Assembly (NCBI RefSeq): GCF_964213995.1
Contig: NW_027590123.1
Span: 1,674,001 to 1,738,000, forward strand
DNA: 64,000 nucleotides
Origin: Mustelus asterias
Taxonomy: Eukaryota
Direction: 5' to 3'
Made by a program: the position numbers and the translations under genes
Shown: positions 1 to 14,559 of the stretch, piece by piece
Layout of the letters: each line of letters opens with the position of its first letter
Position numbering within the stretch: position 1 is the first letter of the stretch
Notes under the pieces: generated by a model
Told to the model about the DNA's origin: nothing
The model's database searches: none
Seen by the model: only the letters and a program-made list of their open reading frames with translations

Positions 1-1250
1 ATCAGACAAAGTCAGCATGGATTTACACAGGGGAAATCTTGTTTGAAGAATCTATTGGAATTTTTTGAGGATGTAACTTGTGGAGTTCACTGCGGAGAAC
101 CAGTGGATATGGTTTATTTAATCTTTCAGAAAGCTTTCGAGAAGGTCTCACACAACAGACTGCCACGTAAAGTGAAAGCGCATTGGATTGCAGGCAATGT
201 TTTGAGATGGATAGAAAACTGGTTAGCAGATAGAAAGCAAAGAGTTGGCAATAAATGGGCCTTTTTCTGTTTAGCAGCCAGTGCCTAGTGGGGTGCTGCA
301 GGAATCTGTGCACGGACCCCGACTGTTCACATTATATATTAATTATTCTGAAAATGGAACTAAATGTGTTATCTCCAAATTTGCAGATGATAAAAGGTGG
401 GTGAGGGTGAACTATGAGAAACACGCAGACATGCTTCAGTGTGATTTGAACAGGCTCAATGTGTGGGCATGCGCAAAGCAGTTGCAGTAAAATGTGGGAG
501 CAACAATAGGAAGACAGATTATTATTTGAATGGGTGTAAATTGAGAGAAGTGGATACTCAGCGAGACCTTGGTGTCCGTATGCATCAGTAACTGAAAGTA
601 AGCGTGCATGTACAACAGGCAGTGAAGAAGACCAATGCTATGCTTGCCTTCATAGGGAGAAGATTTGAGTACAGGAATAGAGATGTGTTACCGCAGCTGC
701 ACAGAACATTGCTGAGGCCACATTTCGAGTATTGTGTGCAGTTTCGCTGTCCTTATCTGAGGACGGATGTCCTTGGTATAGAGGGAGTGCACCGAACGTT
801 TACCAGGCTGATTCCTGGGATGGCAAGTCTCTGGTTTGAAGAGAGAATACGTCGGTTCGGGCTTCATTCATTGGAGTTCATTGGAGTGAAACATATATTA
901 TTGGAACAGGTTTAGACAGGGTAGATTCAGAAAAAATGTTCCCGATGCTCAGGGAGTTGAGGACTAGGGTTCGTGGTTTGAGGATAAGCATCAACCTTTT
1001 AGAACAGAGGTGAGGAGAAATTTCTCCATTCTGATGATCTATGGACTTCAGTACCACAGAAAGTCGCTGAGGCCAAAACCTTTCGTGGTTTCAGGAAGAA
1101 ATTATATATAGCTCTTGGGGCTAAAGTGATCCCGGGATATGGGAGCAAGGGATGATCAGGATATTGAAGTTGATGATCTGCCATGATCAAACTGAATGTC
1201 GGAGCTGCCTCCATGGGCCGAATGGCCTGCTCCTGCTGTTCCTGGATTTG
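1..1250 (+). mobile_element. CR1/HER1-type LINE 3' portion (degraded RT plus tail)
   Basis: FQKAFEKVSH, SKFADD, RPHFEYCVQF fragments; GGGCCGAATGGCCT tail. Confidence 0.9.
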
Positions 1251-1602
1251 AAAGTTTCTTGATTGTGAAACTGGGGTGAGTCTGAACCTGGCGTGGGCCT
1301 GAACCTCTGGAAGTGTTTGGAAATATTGATTGAGCGACGTTGGTGCGGATATGAACCTGATGTTCTGAACCAAATGGGGCTGCGCACCTAATGATATCTT
1401 GAAGACAGGTATGGTGCAAACCCAGGGTGGATTTGAAACCTGGGAGATCGCTCCACCCTCCCTCACACAAACAGCCTCAACCCCATTCCTCACCACCCCA
1501 ACTTGCCCTCAAAACACCACCCCAAATCCCTGCACTCCGTACATATTCCAAATACTCCTTATGTCCACCTGTATCCCTCATTCCCCATCCCATGAGAGAC
1601 CA

Positions 1603-3200
1603 CTAGACATAAGCAGAACTCGGCCTCTCGGCCCATCGAGTCTGCTCTGCCATTCAATCATGGCTGATATTTTTATCATCCCCATTATCCCGTCTTTTCC
1701 CCATAACCCCTGATCCCCTTATTAACCAAGAACCTATCTATCTCTGTCTTAAAGACATTGGATGACCTGGCCTCCTCAGCCTTCTGCAGCAAAGAGTTCC
1801 ACAGATTCACAACTCTCTGGCTAAAAAAATTCCTCTTCATCTCTGTTTTAAAAGATCGTCCCTTTAGTCTGAGCTCTTTGCCCACTCTTCCAACCTGTCC
1901 AAGTTCTTCTGCAGCCAACCACCCCACCCCCCACCACCACCCCACCCCCCCCCCCCCCACTTCCCTTCCTCAATACTCCCTGTCCATCTACATATCTTTG
2001 TGTCATCTGCAAACTTAGCAACAGTGCCTTCGTTTCAGTCTTCCAAATCATTAATGTATATTGTGAAAAGTTGTGGTCCCAGCAACGACCCCTGAGGCAC
2101 ACGACTGATCACTGGCTGCCGTCCTGAAAAAATACACCTTCAAGCCCATTCTCTGCCTTCTGCCAGTCAGCCAACCCTCTATCCATGCCAGGGTCTTACT
2201 CTCAACACCATTGGCACGTAACTGAGTTGTGCCCTCTGTTTCTAGTTTTTCCTACTAGTGGACACATCCTCTGCACGTCCACTCTATCCAGGCCTCGCAG
2301 TATCCTGTAAGTTTCAATAAGATTCCCCCCTCATCTTTCTAAACTGGGGCCCAAAACTGTTCACAATACTCCAAATGGGGTCTGACCAGAGCCTTATATA
2401 GCCTCAGAAGTACATCCGTGCTCTTATATTCTAGCCCTTTCGACATGAATGCGAGCATTCCATTTGCCTTCCTAACTGCCGACTGAACCTGCACGTTAAC
2501 TTTCAGAGAATCTTGAACAAGGATTCCCAAATTCCTTTGTCCATCTGATTTTCTAAATATTTCCCCATTTAAAGTATTTTAAAGGCTTTTAAAGGCTTCC
2601 CAATGCTCTGCCTTCGTTGCCACTTTGTACGTTTTTTCTTTTGCGTTTATGCTGTCCTTGACTTCCCCGTCAGCCATGGATGCCTCGTCCTCCCCTTTGC
2701 ATTTTTCCCCCTCCTTAGGATGAATTTCTGTTGTGTCTCCCAAATAACTCTCAAGAACTCCTATCATTGCCATTCCACTGTCTCCCCTGCTCGGCTCCCT
2801 TTCCAATCCTCTGGCCAGATCCTCCCTCATGCCTTTGGAGTTACCTTTATTTAATTGTAATACCGTTGCATCTGATTCCAGCCTCTCCCTCTCAAACTGC
2901 AGGGTAAATTCTATCATATTGTGGTCACTGTTCCCTAAGAGTTCCTGCTCCTTAAGTTCCCTAATCAAGTCTGCCTCATTACACATCACCAAATCCAGAA
3001 TTGCCTGTTTCCTAGTCGGCTCTGGCACAAGTTGTTCCAAAAAACCATCTCTTCAACATTCCACAAATTCCTTTTCTTGGGATTCACGACCTACCTGATT
3101 TTCCCTGTCCACCTGCATATCGAAGTCCCCCATCATTATTGTAACATTGCCCTTTGTATCGGCCTTTTCTATCTCCTGATGTATTTTCTGCTCCTCATTC
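1603..3200 (-). mobile_element. CR1-type LINE fragments
   Basis: RNFFSQRVVNLWNSL, LVRPHLEYC, NSDHNMIEF motifs on the minus strand. Confidence 0.85.
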
Positions 3201-3959
3201 TCTCACTATCCTCATCACTACCCTCAGACTGTACTTTACCCTTTACCTTCGCTAATCGTTCCCGATGTGTACTTTTGAAGGCCAGTTTCCGAAGTTCAAA
3301 GTCTTTCTATTTTTCCTTCACCCTTTCCCTTGCCTCCTTTTATTTCTTTTGCCTGTAATTCGAATAGATTTAATTATTTTGCTTGCTGTTCCTCCCTTTC
3401 CTTTCCTTTTGCCTGCAATTCAAAGAGTTTTAATTATTTTTCATATTCAGTCAGTTTCATTTCTAACTGAATTCTCGCCATTTCCAATGATTCTGACTGT
3501 GCTTCTGACAATTCCAAAATGCTGTGCCGGAGCCACAATTATCTCTCCTTTCCGTATATCTAGTGTGTTCCCAGCAAAGCTAACATCCAATCCACAAAAC
3601 CCTCCAAATCACCACAATACAGCAGAGGTTAATATCTGCTTATTACACGTGTCCAGCCTCCAGGGCTGAATGCTCAAATTCCCTTGAGAAGAAACTCAGA
3701 AGAAGTTGTAGTCGAATCTGTTTCACAAAAACACAACCTTTTGAAAATGAGAAGGATGGGGAGAGGGAGAGAGGGAGAGAGACTGTTTCTTAGCCTCCTG
3801 CTAAACTGCTTCCCAAAACTAAACTAAAAGACTAATAGGAAAAAAATCATCACCTGACTGCCACAGCATATCTCCAACTCCATGAAAGCTACATGATTCA
3901 AAAAAACATTCTTAAAGGTACATTCACATGACAACATTAACACTCTCACTTTCTGTTAT

Positions 3960-5030
3960 CTCAACACGCCCCCCTCTCGCGCCAACAGTCCGCACACAAC
4001 ACAACACTCCCACTCTCACCCCTACAATCTTTCTCTTTCACCTCCCTCACCAGCCTGCCCTCTCCGTCCCCCCCATCGTGCCCACATTCCCCCCTCGCAC
4101 CCACACTCGCCCCCCCATCGCACCCGAACTCCCCCCCCCCCGCGCGTGCACTCCTCCCCTCCTGCCCGCACTCACGCCCCTCGTGCCCACAATCCACCCC
4201 CTCATGCTCGCACTCCCCCCCTTGCACCCGCACTGCCCCCAACCCGCACACCCGCACTCCCCCCTCATGCCCACACTCCCTCCTCGCGCCCGCACTCCCC
4301 CCTCACGCTCGCATTCTCCCCCCTCGCGCCCGCGCTTCCCCCGACTCACGCCCGCACTCCCCCCACGTGCCCATACACCTCCCTCGCGCCCGCACTCCCC
4401 CCTCGCGCCTACACCCCCCCTCGTGCCACCCTCCTGCTCCTCGTGCCCGTAATCCACCCACTCGTGCCCACATTCCCCCCCTTGTGCCCGCACTGGCCCC
4501 ACCCCTCGCGCTTGCACTCCCCACCCCCCTCGCGCCTGCACCCCCCCTCGCGCATGCACTCCCCATCCCCTTGCACCCTCACTTACCCCCCGCCGCGTCC
4601 GCACACCCCCTCCCTTGCACCCACTCTCACCCCCTTGTGCCCGCACTTCCCCCTCGCGCCCGCACTGCCCCCTCACGCCCGCACTCCCCACCCCTCGCGC
4701 CCACACTCTCCCCTCATGCCCACACTCCCCAGCCCCCTCGCACCTGAATTCTCCAATCCGCTTGCGCCCTCACTCCCCACCCCACTCACGCCTGCACTAC
4801 CTACCCCATCGCCCGCACTCCCTAAACCCCTTGCACCTGCAATCCCTACCCCCTCGCGCCCGCTCTCCCTACCCCCCTTGCGCCCACACTCCCTATCTTT
4901 CCCCGTGCCCACACTCCCTACCCCCTTCGTGCCCACACTCCCTACCCCCCTCGTGACTGCACTCCCTCCCTCACGCCCGCACTGCCAACCCCCCACGCGC
5001 CCGCACTCCCTACCCTATTTTTCCTCACAT
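3960..5030. repeat. C-rich/CpG-rich minisatellite (~19-nt unit CCCCTCGCGCCCGCACTCC)
   Basis: Direct inspection; source of the spurious Pro/Gly-rich ORFs. Confidence 0.9.
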
Positions 5031-5696
5031 CTCCCCCTGCATCTCTGACCCAAAACCATAAATCTGTGACCCCCTCATCCTTGTCCAATCAGCTAATGGG
5101 AACAGCTTTTCTTTGTCCACCTTATCTAAACCTGTCAGAATCTTGTCCACCTCTATCAAATCTCCCCTCAACCTCCTTTGCTCCAAGGGGAACAACCCCA
5201 GCCTGACATTGACAATAAAGAACAAACTAACAGAATATGTTAATACCTGAAATCAAATGGGAATGTTTAATTTATGTTTTAAAGATATTGTGAATATACT
5301 TTCCTGGACAATAAATGAATTGGAATAACTCACCTTGGGTGTGGTTGAATGGAATATATCAATCTGGTATCCATCTACAGTCTAGGGAAAGTCTGGAAAG
5401 TGTAGCTGGAAATCCTTCCCTAACAGCACTGTGGGTATACTTACACCTCAGGCACTGTAGCAGTTCAGGAAGGCAGTGTTGGGGTTGACCATGGCCGAGG
5501 TAGCTACATACAGCCACATATTCTGTTCTAATTGAACGACTGCAGATTCAATGTGAGGCATTATGGGACTGGACTATCTTGACCACATTCCTGTGACTGC
5601 TCAGTTTCTGCAATCACGAACCATTAAAGCTGCTCATCAGGGCCCCGACAGAGGACCTGGTGAGAATATTTACTCAGAATGAGCTAAAATTAAACT

Positions 5697-6010
5697 GGGG
5701 TGGCACGGTGGCGCAGTGGTTAGCACTGCTGCCTCACAGCGCCAGGAACCCGGGTTTTATTCCCAGCTTGGGTCACTGTGTAGAGTTTGCACATTCTCCC
5801 CGTGTCTGTGTACGTTTCCTCCAGGTGCTCCGGTTTTCTTCCACAGTACAAAGAAGTACGGGTTAGGTGGATTGGCCATGCTAAATTGCCCCTTTGTGTC
5901 AGGGGGTCTTGCGAGGGTAAATGCATGGGGATAGGGTCGGTGGGATTGTGGTTGGTGCAGACTTGATGGGCCGAATGGCCTCCTTCTGCACTGTAGAGAT
6001 TCTATGTGAT
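5697..6010 (+). mobile_element. HE1/V-SINE-type tRNA-derived SINE
   Basis: GGCACGGTGGCGCAGTGGTTAGCACTGCTGCCTCACAG head, CTCCGGTTT core, CR1-like tail. Further copies at ~9680-10025(-), 11887-12245(+), 12505-12770(-), 13289-13615(+), 30530-30840(+), 43755-44050(-), 50490-50797(-), 57195-57495(-), 62620-63110(+). Confidence 0.9.
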
Positions 6011-6378
6011 TATTGCAGGACCGGCTGGTGTTCAGCCGCTGAGATACCTGGAATCTGTAAAAACGGGGTCTGACGAATCAACAGACCGGGGGAGGTAGCT
6101 GACTAAGAAGTTAAGAAGTGTTTTCAGGCATGTTTAAATTATGTTATCATAAATTTGTGATAAGAACTGTGAGGGACTTGTGACCTGATAGTCGGTGAAG
6201 TGACGGTACACTCCAAGTAGCACTGGACTGAAAAGTGGACCTCTAAGAGTGGATTCTAATGGTTATAATCTGACCCAAGCATGGCCAGTGAAAAATTCAG
6301 AGCTCAAGTGGGGACTGGACAGATTTCTTACCTGTCCTTTGGAAATTAAGAACAAGAAACTTATCAATAAATTGATTT

Positions 6379-6525
6379 GAGAATAGAGCCAACATTTTGA
6401 GTCTGGATGACACTTCATAGGAGCTCTGATGAAGGGTCATCCAGACTTGAAACGTTGGCTCTATTCTCTCTCTACAGATGCTGTCAGATCTGCTGGTATT
6501 TTCCAGCATTTTCTGTTTTTGTTTT
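6379..6525. mobile_element. Penelope-like element termini in inverted arrangement
   Basis: Imperfect ~42-bp arms around GAGCTC (6421-6426) with a CTGATGA...GAAACGTT hammerhead-like core; related copies at ~42760-43290, 56590-57010, 63880-64000. Confidence 0.65.
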
Positions 6526-8154
6526 ACTTTTATAATAAATGATTCGGTCTGATTGGAATCCCCACGATCCTCCCGCAAGACAGAGAGAAAGTGTTGACAA
6601 AAGGAGAAAAAGGATATGGATGATAGAGTCTGGGTTCTGATTCTCCGAGCCCATGTTGGATTAACAAAATGAGTGAACCAGTTTATAAGGAACAGAAATT
6701 ACCCATCCCTAACAAAAACTGATCAAATTAAAATCGGTTGAGAATATAACAAAAAAATTAACAGATGAAGTTTAAAATCAAGTTTCTTTTGTTGTTAGAG
6801 AGGGGATTTTTTGCAGTAACTTCATTGCAGTGTTAATGTAAGCCTACTTGAGACTAATTATAAACTTTAAGTTTTTAAAAGTTATTTTGTTAGAGAGGTT
6901 CAGAATACCTTGAGATTAAAAACTAATAAAGGCTTATTGAAACAGGGTGGACTGACTTAGACTCACGTAGAATAAGGACCACAATGTGCCTTATTTATAT
7001 TATACAAAGGTACTGTCTGTTTAAAGACACATATAACCACTGGTAGAGAATTTAAACATGTATTTCAGATTTAAATATGTACTTTTGTACTAAAATGTAT
7101 ACCTTGGCCAAACTGCAGACTGCCCTAAAGCATAATGGGATAAAAGCTGAGTGACACAGGCCAAATTCTTTCAGAACAGTGAAGCCACAGAACACAGTTT
7201 TTATCAGTATGAGTTATAGAAAGTATGCGCTTCCCAGACACCAGAATGAATAGAATTATTCATTTTTTACTGATAAGGGATGGCTCAGCAAACAGTGGAA
7301 AGGAACTTTTGAACCATCTAAGCTGTGTAATAGAAGTTGCTGAGAGTCAGTTAGAAAGCAACCTTTGAACCCTGTGGACCTATGTAAGTGAAAGTTGCAA
7401 AGTAACAGTGGGCAGGAACTTTCAGATTCTACAGACCAATGAATTCCCATTCTTCCAGAAGATAGGATGTTATTGGCCAAGGTAAATATTGTACACGAAC
7501 ACGATTGGAGCATCCAGTTAGGATGACAGAGTGGGCGGGTGAAATGAACTTTCAAAATAGTATAACTACACGGCCAATGTATTGTAACTTTAGAAAGTAG
7601 TTGGACTGCTCAGCTGCCTTTCTCCCAGCGCGTGTTGGTCAATAAAGAATGTCTTTAACCAGTATACTGTCTTTTGCAAATCTTTGTATTAGCCGGGTTC
7701 AGCTCAATACTTAGCCTCCGAGAAAAACCCCCATCATATGTAAAGTGAAGTAATTGTGGACCAAGTTTTTTCTGCTCACTCCCGACCCCTTTAGGTTCTG
7801 TAGAAAAGTTAATCCTTTCAGCAGATAGTTCATTTGTTTGTCAATCACCTGGAAACTCATGTGTCTCTTTTAGTTTTTGATTGAGGATTTATGGGAACCA
7901 GTTAAATGTGTAAATTTTAAGCAGAGCCTGGAGGAATTTGGAAGAACTGTGAGAATTTTATCGTGTTGTCACCTCAACCCCAGACAAAGAACAAAGATTT
8001 TGCAGCTGGCAACATGTTTGGGATTTTAAATCAACAAAGACTAGATGTTTCCTATAAAATCAGGCTTTGGAAGTTGGCTAAAAAAAGTTTAAGTTATAAT
8101 GAAGGGGAATTAAGGCTCTTGTATCTTATTTTAATCAAGGAGTTGTGAGCTTAG

Positions 8155-9080
8155 ACCATAAGACATAGGAGCAAAATTAGGCCACTCGGCCCATCGAGTC
8201 TTCTCCGCGATTCAATCATGGCTGATATTTTTCTCATCCCCATTCTCCTGCCTTTTCCCCATAACCCCTGATCCCCTTATTAATCAAGAACCTATCTATC
8301 TCTGTCTTACAGACACTCAATGAACTGACCTTCACAGCCTTCTGCGGCAAAGAGTTCCACAGATTCACCACTCTCTGGCTGAAGAAATTCCTTCTCATCT
8401 CTGTTTGAAAGGATCATCCCTTTAGCCTCAGGTTGTGCCCTCTAGTTCTAGTTTTTCCGACTAAGTTTCAATAAGATCCCCACTCATCCTTCTAAACTCC
8501 AATGAGTACAGACCCAGAGTCCTCAACCATTCTTCATACGACAAGCTCTTCATTCCAGAAATCATTCTTGTGAACCTCCTCCAGACCCTTTCCAAGACCA
8601 GCATATCGTTCCTTAGATGTGGGGCTCAAAACTGCTCACAACACTCCAAATGGGGTCTGACCAGAGCCTTATACAGCCTCAGAAGTACATCGCTGCTCTT
8701 GTATTCTAGCCCTCTTGACATGAATGCTAACATTGCATTTGCCTTCCTAACTGCCAACTAAACCTGCACGTTAGCCTTAAGAGAATCTTGAACAATGACT
8801 CCCAAGTCCCTTTGTGCTTCTGATTTCCGAAGCATTTCCCCATTTAGAAAATAGTCGATGCTTCCATTCCTCCTACCCAAGTGCATAACCTCACACTTTT
8901 CCACATTGTATTCCATCTGCCACTTCTTTGCCCACTCTCCTAGCCCATCAAAGTCCTTCTGCAGCCCCCCTGCTCCCTCAATACTACCTGTCCCTCTACA
9001 TATCTTTGTATCACCTGCAAACTTAGCAACAGTGTCTTCAGTTCCATCTTCCAAATCATTAATGTATATTGTGAAACGTT
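8155..9080 (-). mobile_element. CR1-type LINE 3' fragment
   Basis: KFAGDTK, WQMEYNVEKCEVMH motifs and typical tail. Confidence 0.9.
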
Positions 9081-10289
9081 TGTAGTGCTCTGTCGCTTTA
9101 AGAAGCTATAGCTGCGAGAGAGAATGCTGAGGATTCATTGTTTGAAATTTACGAGCTGTGAGAACCTGCATGTTTCATTTGTTTTATGTGGATGTTTGTA
9201 GATATGTTTTATCATTGTTTTGGGCTACATTTGTTAAGTTTTATCTTTCTGGGGAATTAACCTTACCTTGAGTCTTTAATTAAAGGCATTTGTCGAAGTT
9301 TAGAAACAGAACCACAAGAACGCTTCAGGAATTAATTTCAGTTATTGTTGTAAAGCACATGCTAAGTTTCTCTGCTTGTGTATGGATGATATTTGTGGGT
9401 TGAATGCTTCAAGCTTTCAGGTTTTCTGTCTGTGATTTAAATCAAACAGATTTAAATAAAGGACGTGTCATTAATAAAGCTTTTTTTCACAAAAGTTGTG
9501 AACCTGGAGCCACATTTACTGGCCAGAGACATGATTCCAGGATACTTTGCTAAACTTGTGGGAATTTTAATCCGGATTCAAACTCACACATGTGAGTATG
9601 AGAGAGTTTTAATTGTAATGGTGATTTAAAATTTGGGACATGTGAAATGATTCTGACCATTCCTGTGTTCATTGAATCATAGAATCCCTCCAGTACAGAA
9701 GGGACCATTCGGACCATCGAGTCTGCACCATCTCTCCAACAGAGCACCTTACCCAGGCCCTCTCCCCTGCCCTATCCCTGTAATCTCACACATTTACCAT
9801 GGCTAACCTATCTAACCCACACAGCTTGGGATACTAAGAGGGAATTCAACATTGCAAATCCACTGAATCTGGGCATCTTTGGTCTGTGGTTGGAAACTGG
9901 AGCACCCGGAGGAAGCCCACGCAGACACAGGGAGAACATGCAAATTCCAAACAGACACTCACCCAAGGCTGGAATTAAATGCCTGACGCTGCGAGGTAGC
10001 AGTGCTAACCACTGTGCCACCATGTCACCCGATAGTTGAGGCCAAAACATTGTCTGATTTCAAGAAGATATGAGATATACTCTTGGGGCTACAGGGATCA
10101 AGGGATATGGAAGGAAGGGGCGAATCAGGAAATTGAATTCAATGATCAGCCATGATCAAGGTGAATGGTGGAGCAGGTTCAAAGGGCCGAATGGCCTACT
10201 CCTGCTTCTAGTTTCTATGTTTCTCTACACTGTGCCAGCATTCCACCCAGTGGCACAGTTGTTAGCACTGCTGCCTCAAAAAAGCAAAT

Positions 10290-10930
10290 ACAACAATGGC
10301 TTTGGCATCTGCTACAATGTGACTGACAGATTGACAACGGAGTCAAGGGCATCAGGAGCAAAAGATACCCTGGGAGGTGGAGAAGAATGTGACGGAGATT
10401 ACGAGCGGGTCCTTGATAGGTTTTCTAAAGAGATTCAGAAAGGAAATAGCGAGTTGGAAAAAGTCCAGAATAAATTAATTTACAGTTACATTGGAAACCT
10501 GTTGCCTCCCAGCTGAGTACAAAATATAAAGAGTTGAGGGAACTGGTGGATAAGCTGCAGAATGGAGCTGGTTGCTGGCAGGAGAGCACGTCTGACCTGG
10601 ACAATCAGTTACATTGGGAACAGGGGGCAGATGATAGGGTGAGTGGAGCTCAGAAAAATCTACTGCTGTTCGGCCAAACTCTGGAACAAGATATCAATTT
10701 ACAGTCAGAAAATATCAGATCAAGTGAAGAGTTCGAAAATGCCGTGGGGACTTTGAGAAAGTTAATTCAGCCACAAAGTGACACCTCCCCTGAAGCAGAC
10801 CACTCCCTGTGTTTAGCTAACATCAAACAACCTGAGACACAAATCAGTCACCAGTGAGCAGATGTAGTTGTTTTCTCCAAAAAAAGAATCACTGAAAGCA
10901 CTCCTCCCTCTCCTCTGCCTCTCCTGTGTG
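10290..10930 (+). mobile_element. Possible degraded LTR-retroelement gag (coiled-coil) remnant
   Basis: Broken coiled-coil-like ORFs ending in a DHSLCLANIKQ motif; weak similarity from memory only. Confidence 0.3.
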
Positions 10931-13900
10931 ATAAGGGAATGCAGGTGTGTGTGATTAGCCATGACCTTTGCACCGTCATGATCCACAACGCTTACTCCAA
11001 GTTGGTTTGCCCAGTTGAAGGAATACTGTACATTTGAGTCAATTGTTGAAGCAGGGTGTTGTTTGAAAGCATCATAGATTCGAAGAATTAGTTTGGAAAG
11101 AGAATAAAAATTAATTAAAACTGCCGTGAGTTTCTGTTTGAAATAAATTCAGAGTGTACTAAAATGTGAAAGGAATGTATTTGGGTTTGAAATTAAGTTG
11201 TTCAAGGTTAGAATTGTGAAGGCCAATTTGCTCCCAAAACACAAAGATCAGGCTGCAGTTTGGCAGCAAACCAGTTCCAACTTTCCAAAACATCTGAGTT
11301 AAAATTGTCGAGATTCGGTTAACAACATATTTCACAAAGTATTTCTTTCAACTTTGATTAAGTGGAAAATATTGAAAATTGAAATTGGTGTTCAAAAAAG
11401 GAGAGATAAAAGAGATGAAATTGGAACAACATTGAAGAAAATGACACGAGAGAAGTTTTTTAAATTATGTAAGTTGATGCAATTGCCAAGTTTCCTCTGC
11501 CCACTCCCCGCCTCTCACGGTTCCACAGAGAAGTTAACACTTTCAGCAGACAGTTGATTTTTATAAATCTCCACACAGCCTTTGTTTTTTAATGTAACCT
11601 ATACTTGGACATATTAACTCACTGGGATCTTGGCCAGAGCCAGATGGATTGTTTGTGTTTTTTAAAGAGGTGATGATGGTTTCCAGCTCTGAGTGAAGTC
11701 AACAGTTTTGAGAATTAAAGCAGAGAATAAAAGACTTTACTTTTCAGAAAACCACCAAGCCTGCTTAGGATATTGGAATTGATAAACATCTGATGTGAGT
11801 TGCTATTTCAAGCATTGAAAATGGAAATCACCTGTTGTTTAAGGGAAAGAACAAAGTTGATAATGCCTGGAATCAAACACAAATTTGGGGCAGCACTGTG
11901 GCACAATGGTTCTCATGGCTGCCTCACAGTAAGAAGTCTCACAACACCAGGTTAAAGTCCAACAGGTTTATTTGGTAGCAAATAGGCCAGGGACCCGGTT
12001 CGATTCCTGACTTGGGTCACTGTCTGGGCGGAGTCTGCACGTTCTCCCTGTGTCTGCGTGGATTTCCTCCGGGTGCTCCAGTTTCCTCCCACAGTCAAAA
12101 AGACGTGCTGGTTAGGTGCATTGGCTAGGCTAAATTCTCCCGCAGTGTGCCAGAGCAGGCGCCGGAGTGTGGCGACTAAGGGATTTTCGCAGTAACTTCA
12201 TTGCAGTGTGAATGTAAGCCTACTTGTGACTAATGAATAAACTTTGACTTCAAATATTCTTAAAGTTTTTAAAGTTTATTTATTAGTGTCACAACTAGAC
12301 TTGCATTAACACTGCAATGAAGTTACTGTGAAATGTTCGGTTTCTTTTTAAAGATATTATGAGTATATTTCATGTTTTAAAAGATTCTCCAGAACTCCGG
12401 AAAGTGTAGTTTAAAGGAATGCATACAGTCAGGTATGGAACCTTCTGGTAAAGGGGAAGTATAGACGAGGTAAATGAGGTGACAGCTTTTTCTTGGAGAT
12501 ATTTAAAGTTTATTTATTAGTGTCACAAGTAAGGCTTACTGCAATGACGTTACTGTGAAATTCCCCCAGTCACCACATTCCGGCGCCTGTTTGGGACAAT
12601 GCTCCTAATCAGCACGTCTTTCAGTCTTTGGGAGGAAACCGGAGCACCTGGAGGAAACCGACAGAGACATGGGGAGAATGTGCAAACTCCACACAGACAG
12701 TGACCCAAGCCGGGAATCAAACCCAGATCCCTGGTGCTGTGAGGCAGCAGTGCGAGCCACCGTGCCACCCCTTGTTTGTTTCTTTGTCCATGGACTATTT
12801 GAGAGAAGTGAACTTTATAATCTGGCCGCCATCTGAGACATTGGGATTGTACAGGGGGAAATAAGCAAATACGTTGAGATGGAAAACCCCTTTGACTCCG
12901 GCTTTTTACTTTCTTTTGAAGTTTCCAGCAGAATTATTGGATGGTGCATCCTTTGAAAGAGAGTGGAATTCAGGATGATGATTGGTAAAATACCCAGCAC
13001 CATCGCTATAAACCTGATAAACCTTTCACAAATACAAAACAAGGATTTGTGGGAGAGGACAGAGAGATAACAACAAGCAAGACAAAGTACATGTCTGGTT
13101 AATAACAACAACATGAGAGACAACATTTAACATGTAGGGAAATGTGTGAAGATGGCTTATGAATGTGAGACTCCAACAGAGAATTAAAGAAGGAATTGGA
13201 AGACTGATGTGAGATTGCAGAATTGGTTTGTAAGTTGTGAATGAACTAACATCCGAGAGTGCACAGTGCAGCTGTACTGAAGAGTGAAGTGTGGCATGGT
13301 GGCACAATGGTTAGCAGTGCTTCGTCACAGCACCAAGGACCCGGGTTCAATTCTGGCCTCGGGTGACTGTCTGTGTGGAGTTTGCACAATCTCTCCGTAT
13401 CTGCGTGGGTTTCCTCCAGGTGCTCCGGTTTCCTCCCACACTCCAAAGGTATGCAGGTTCGGTTGATTGGCCATCGTAAATTGCTTCTTAGCGTCAGGCG
13501 GACTAGCAGGGTAAATAAATGGGGTTTTGGGGATAGGGCCTGGATGGGATTGTGGTCGGTGCAGACACGATGGGCCAAATGGCCTCCTTCTGCACTGTAA
13601 TGATTCTATGATTCAAATGGGACTTTCTCAACTGCTTGACTAACAGCGTGACATGAAATGGTTAATATGACCTGAAGAGTAAGAAATCATTTTGAAATGA
13701 TCAAGGCACTGACACAGACTCCAGAGAAACTGACTGGAAGAACAAATTAAAGTCAATGGAATATTGGACTGGGACAAATAAAGGCGGGGGAGAAATAATA
13801 CTGAATAAGAATTATTACAAGATGGAGCAGGTTAAGGGACAGCTTGAGAATCTTTTTGAATCTATGCAATTTATACAGCAATTATATGTTATCACTGCTT

Positions 13901-14559
13901 TTATATCCAATTATACCGCTTCAATTATATCTAAAAACTAGTTGTGGGAAGGAGATTGTAAAGGGAATGGAAGTTGGCTACCTTGGGCTAAGCCAATGAG
14001 GAAAAGGGGGAAAATGCCAGAGTGAATGAATAGATTTAGTAAAAGGGGTGATAGATGTAACACCCCTGCATTAGAGTAAAATCACATGTTCATCAAATGC
14101 TCCACATCAAGGTTCTCATATCAGCAAGGTTGTTTACTTGTTTGAGGAACAAACAGTTTCTAGAATACAGACAAGTCTTTGGGTGAAGTTTTAATAATAA
14201 ACCTACATAGGCAAGATAGGAATTTTTGAACAATGTTCTGTGCTCTGACTAACAGTATAACATTTATACCTGTATTGTAGCTGAGAGCTGTGTCAGAATG
14301 CTCAGTGGGATTTGTGAGTGAACTTGGGCTTTGCAGATTGGACTCTAGTTGTGGAGGTACTGAGTTACCCTGGGGCAGGATTTTGGGAAATCGCCTTTGG
14401 TTCAGGACCCTGAGGAAGATTCACATTTCTACTTGGGGTGGTCACCCAATGGAGTTAGTGAAAGTCATCAGTGTGATTCATAATTTTACCTTTCGAAAAA
14501 TAAACTTTGAAATGGGAATGGGAAAACGAGCTGTAGTCCAGAAGCCAGTGTTGAATGTT

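Noticed and set aside
3928-5048. Long Pro/Gly/Arg-rich ORFs on both strands
   Set aside because: Products of a C-rich minisatellite lacking stop codons; no domain or splice structure.
5697-5775. tRNA-like sequences at SINE heads
   Set aside because: tRNA-derived SINE promoters continuing into SINE bodies, not tRNA genes.
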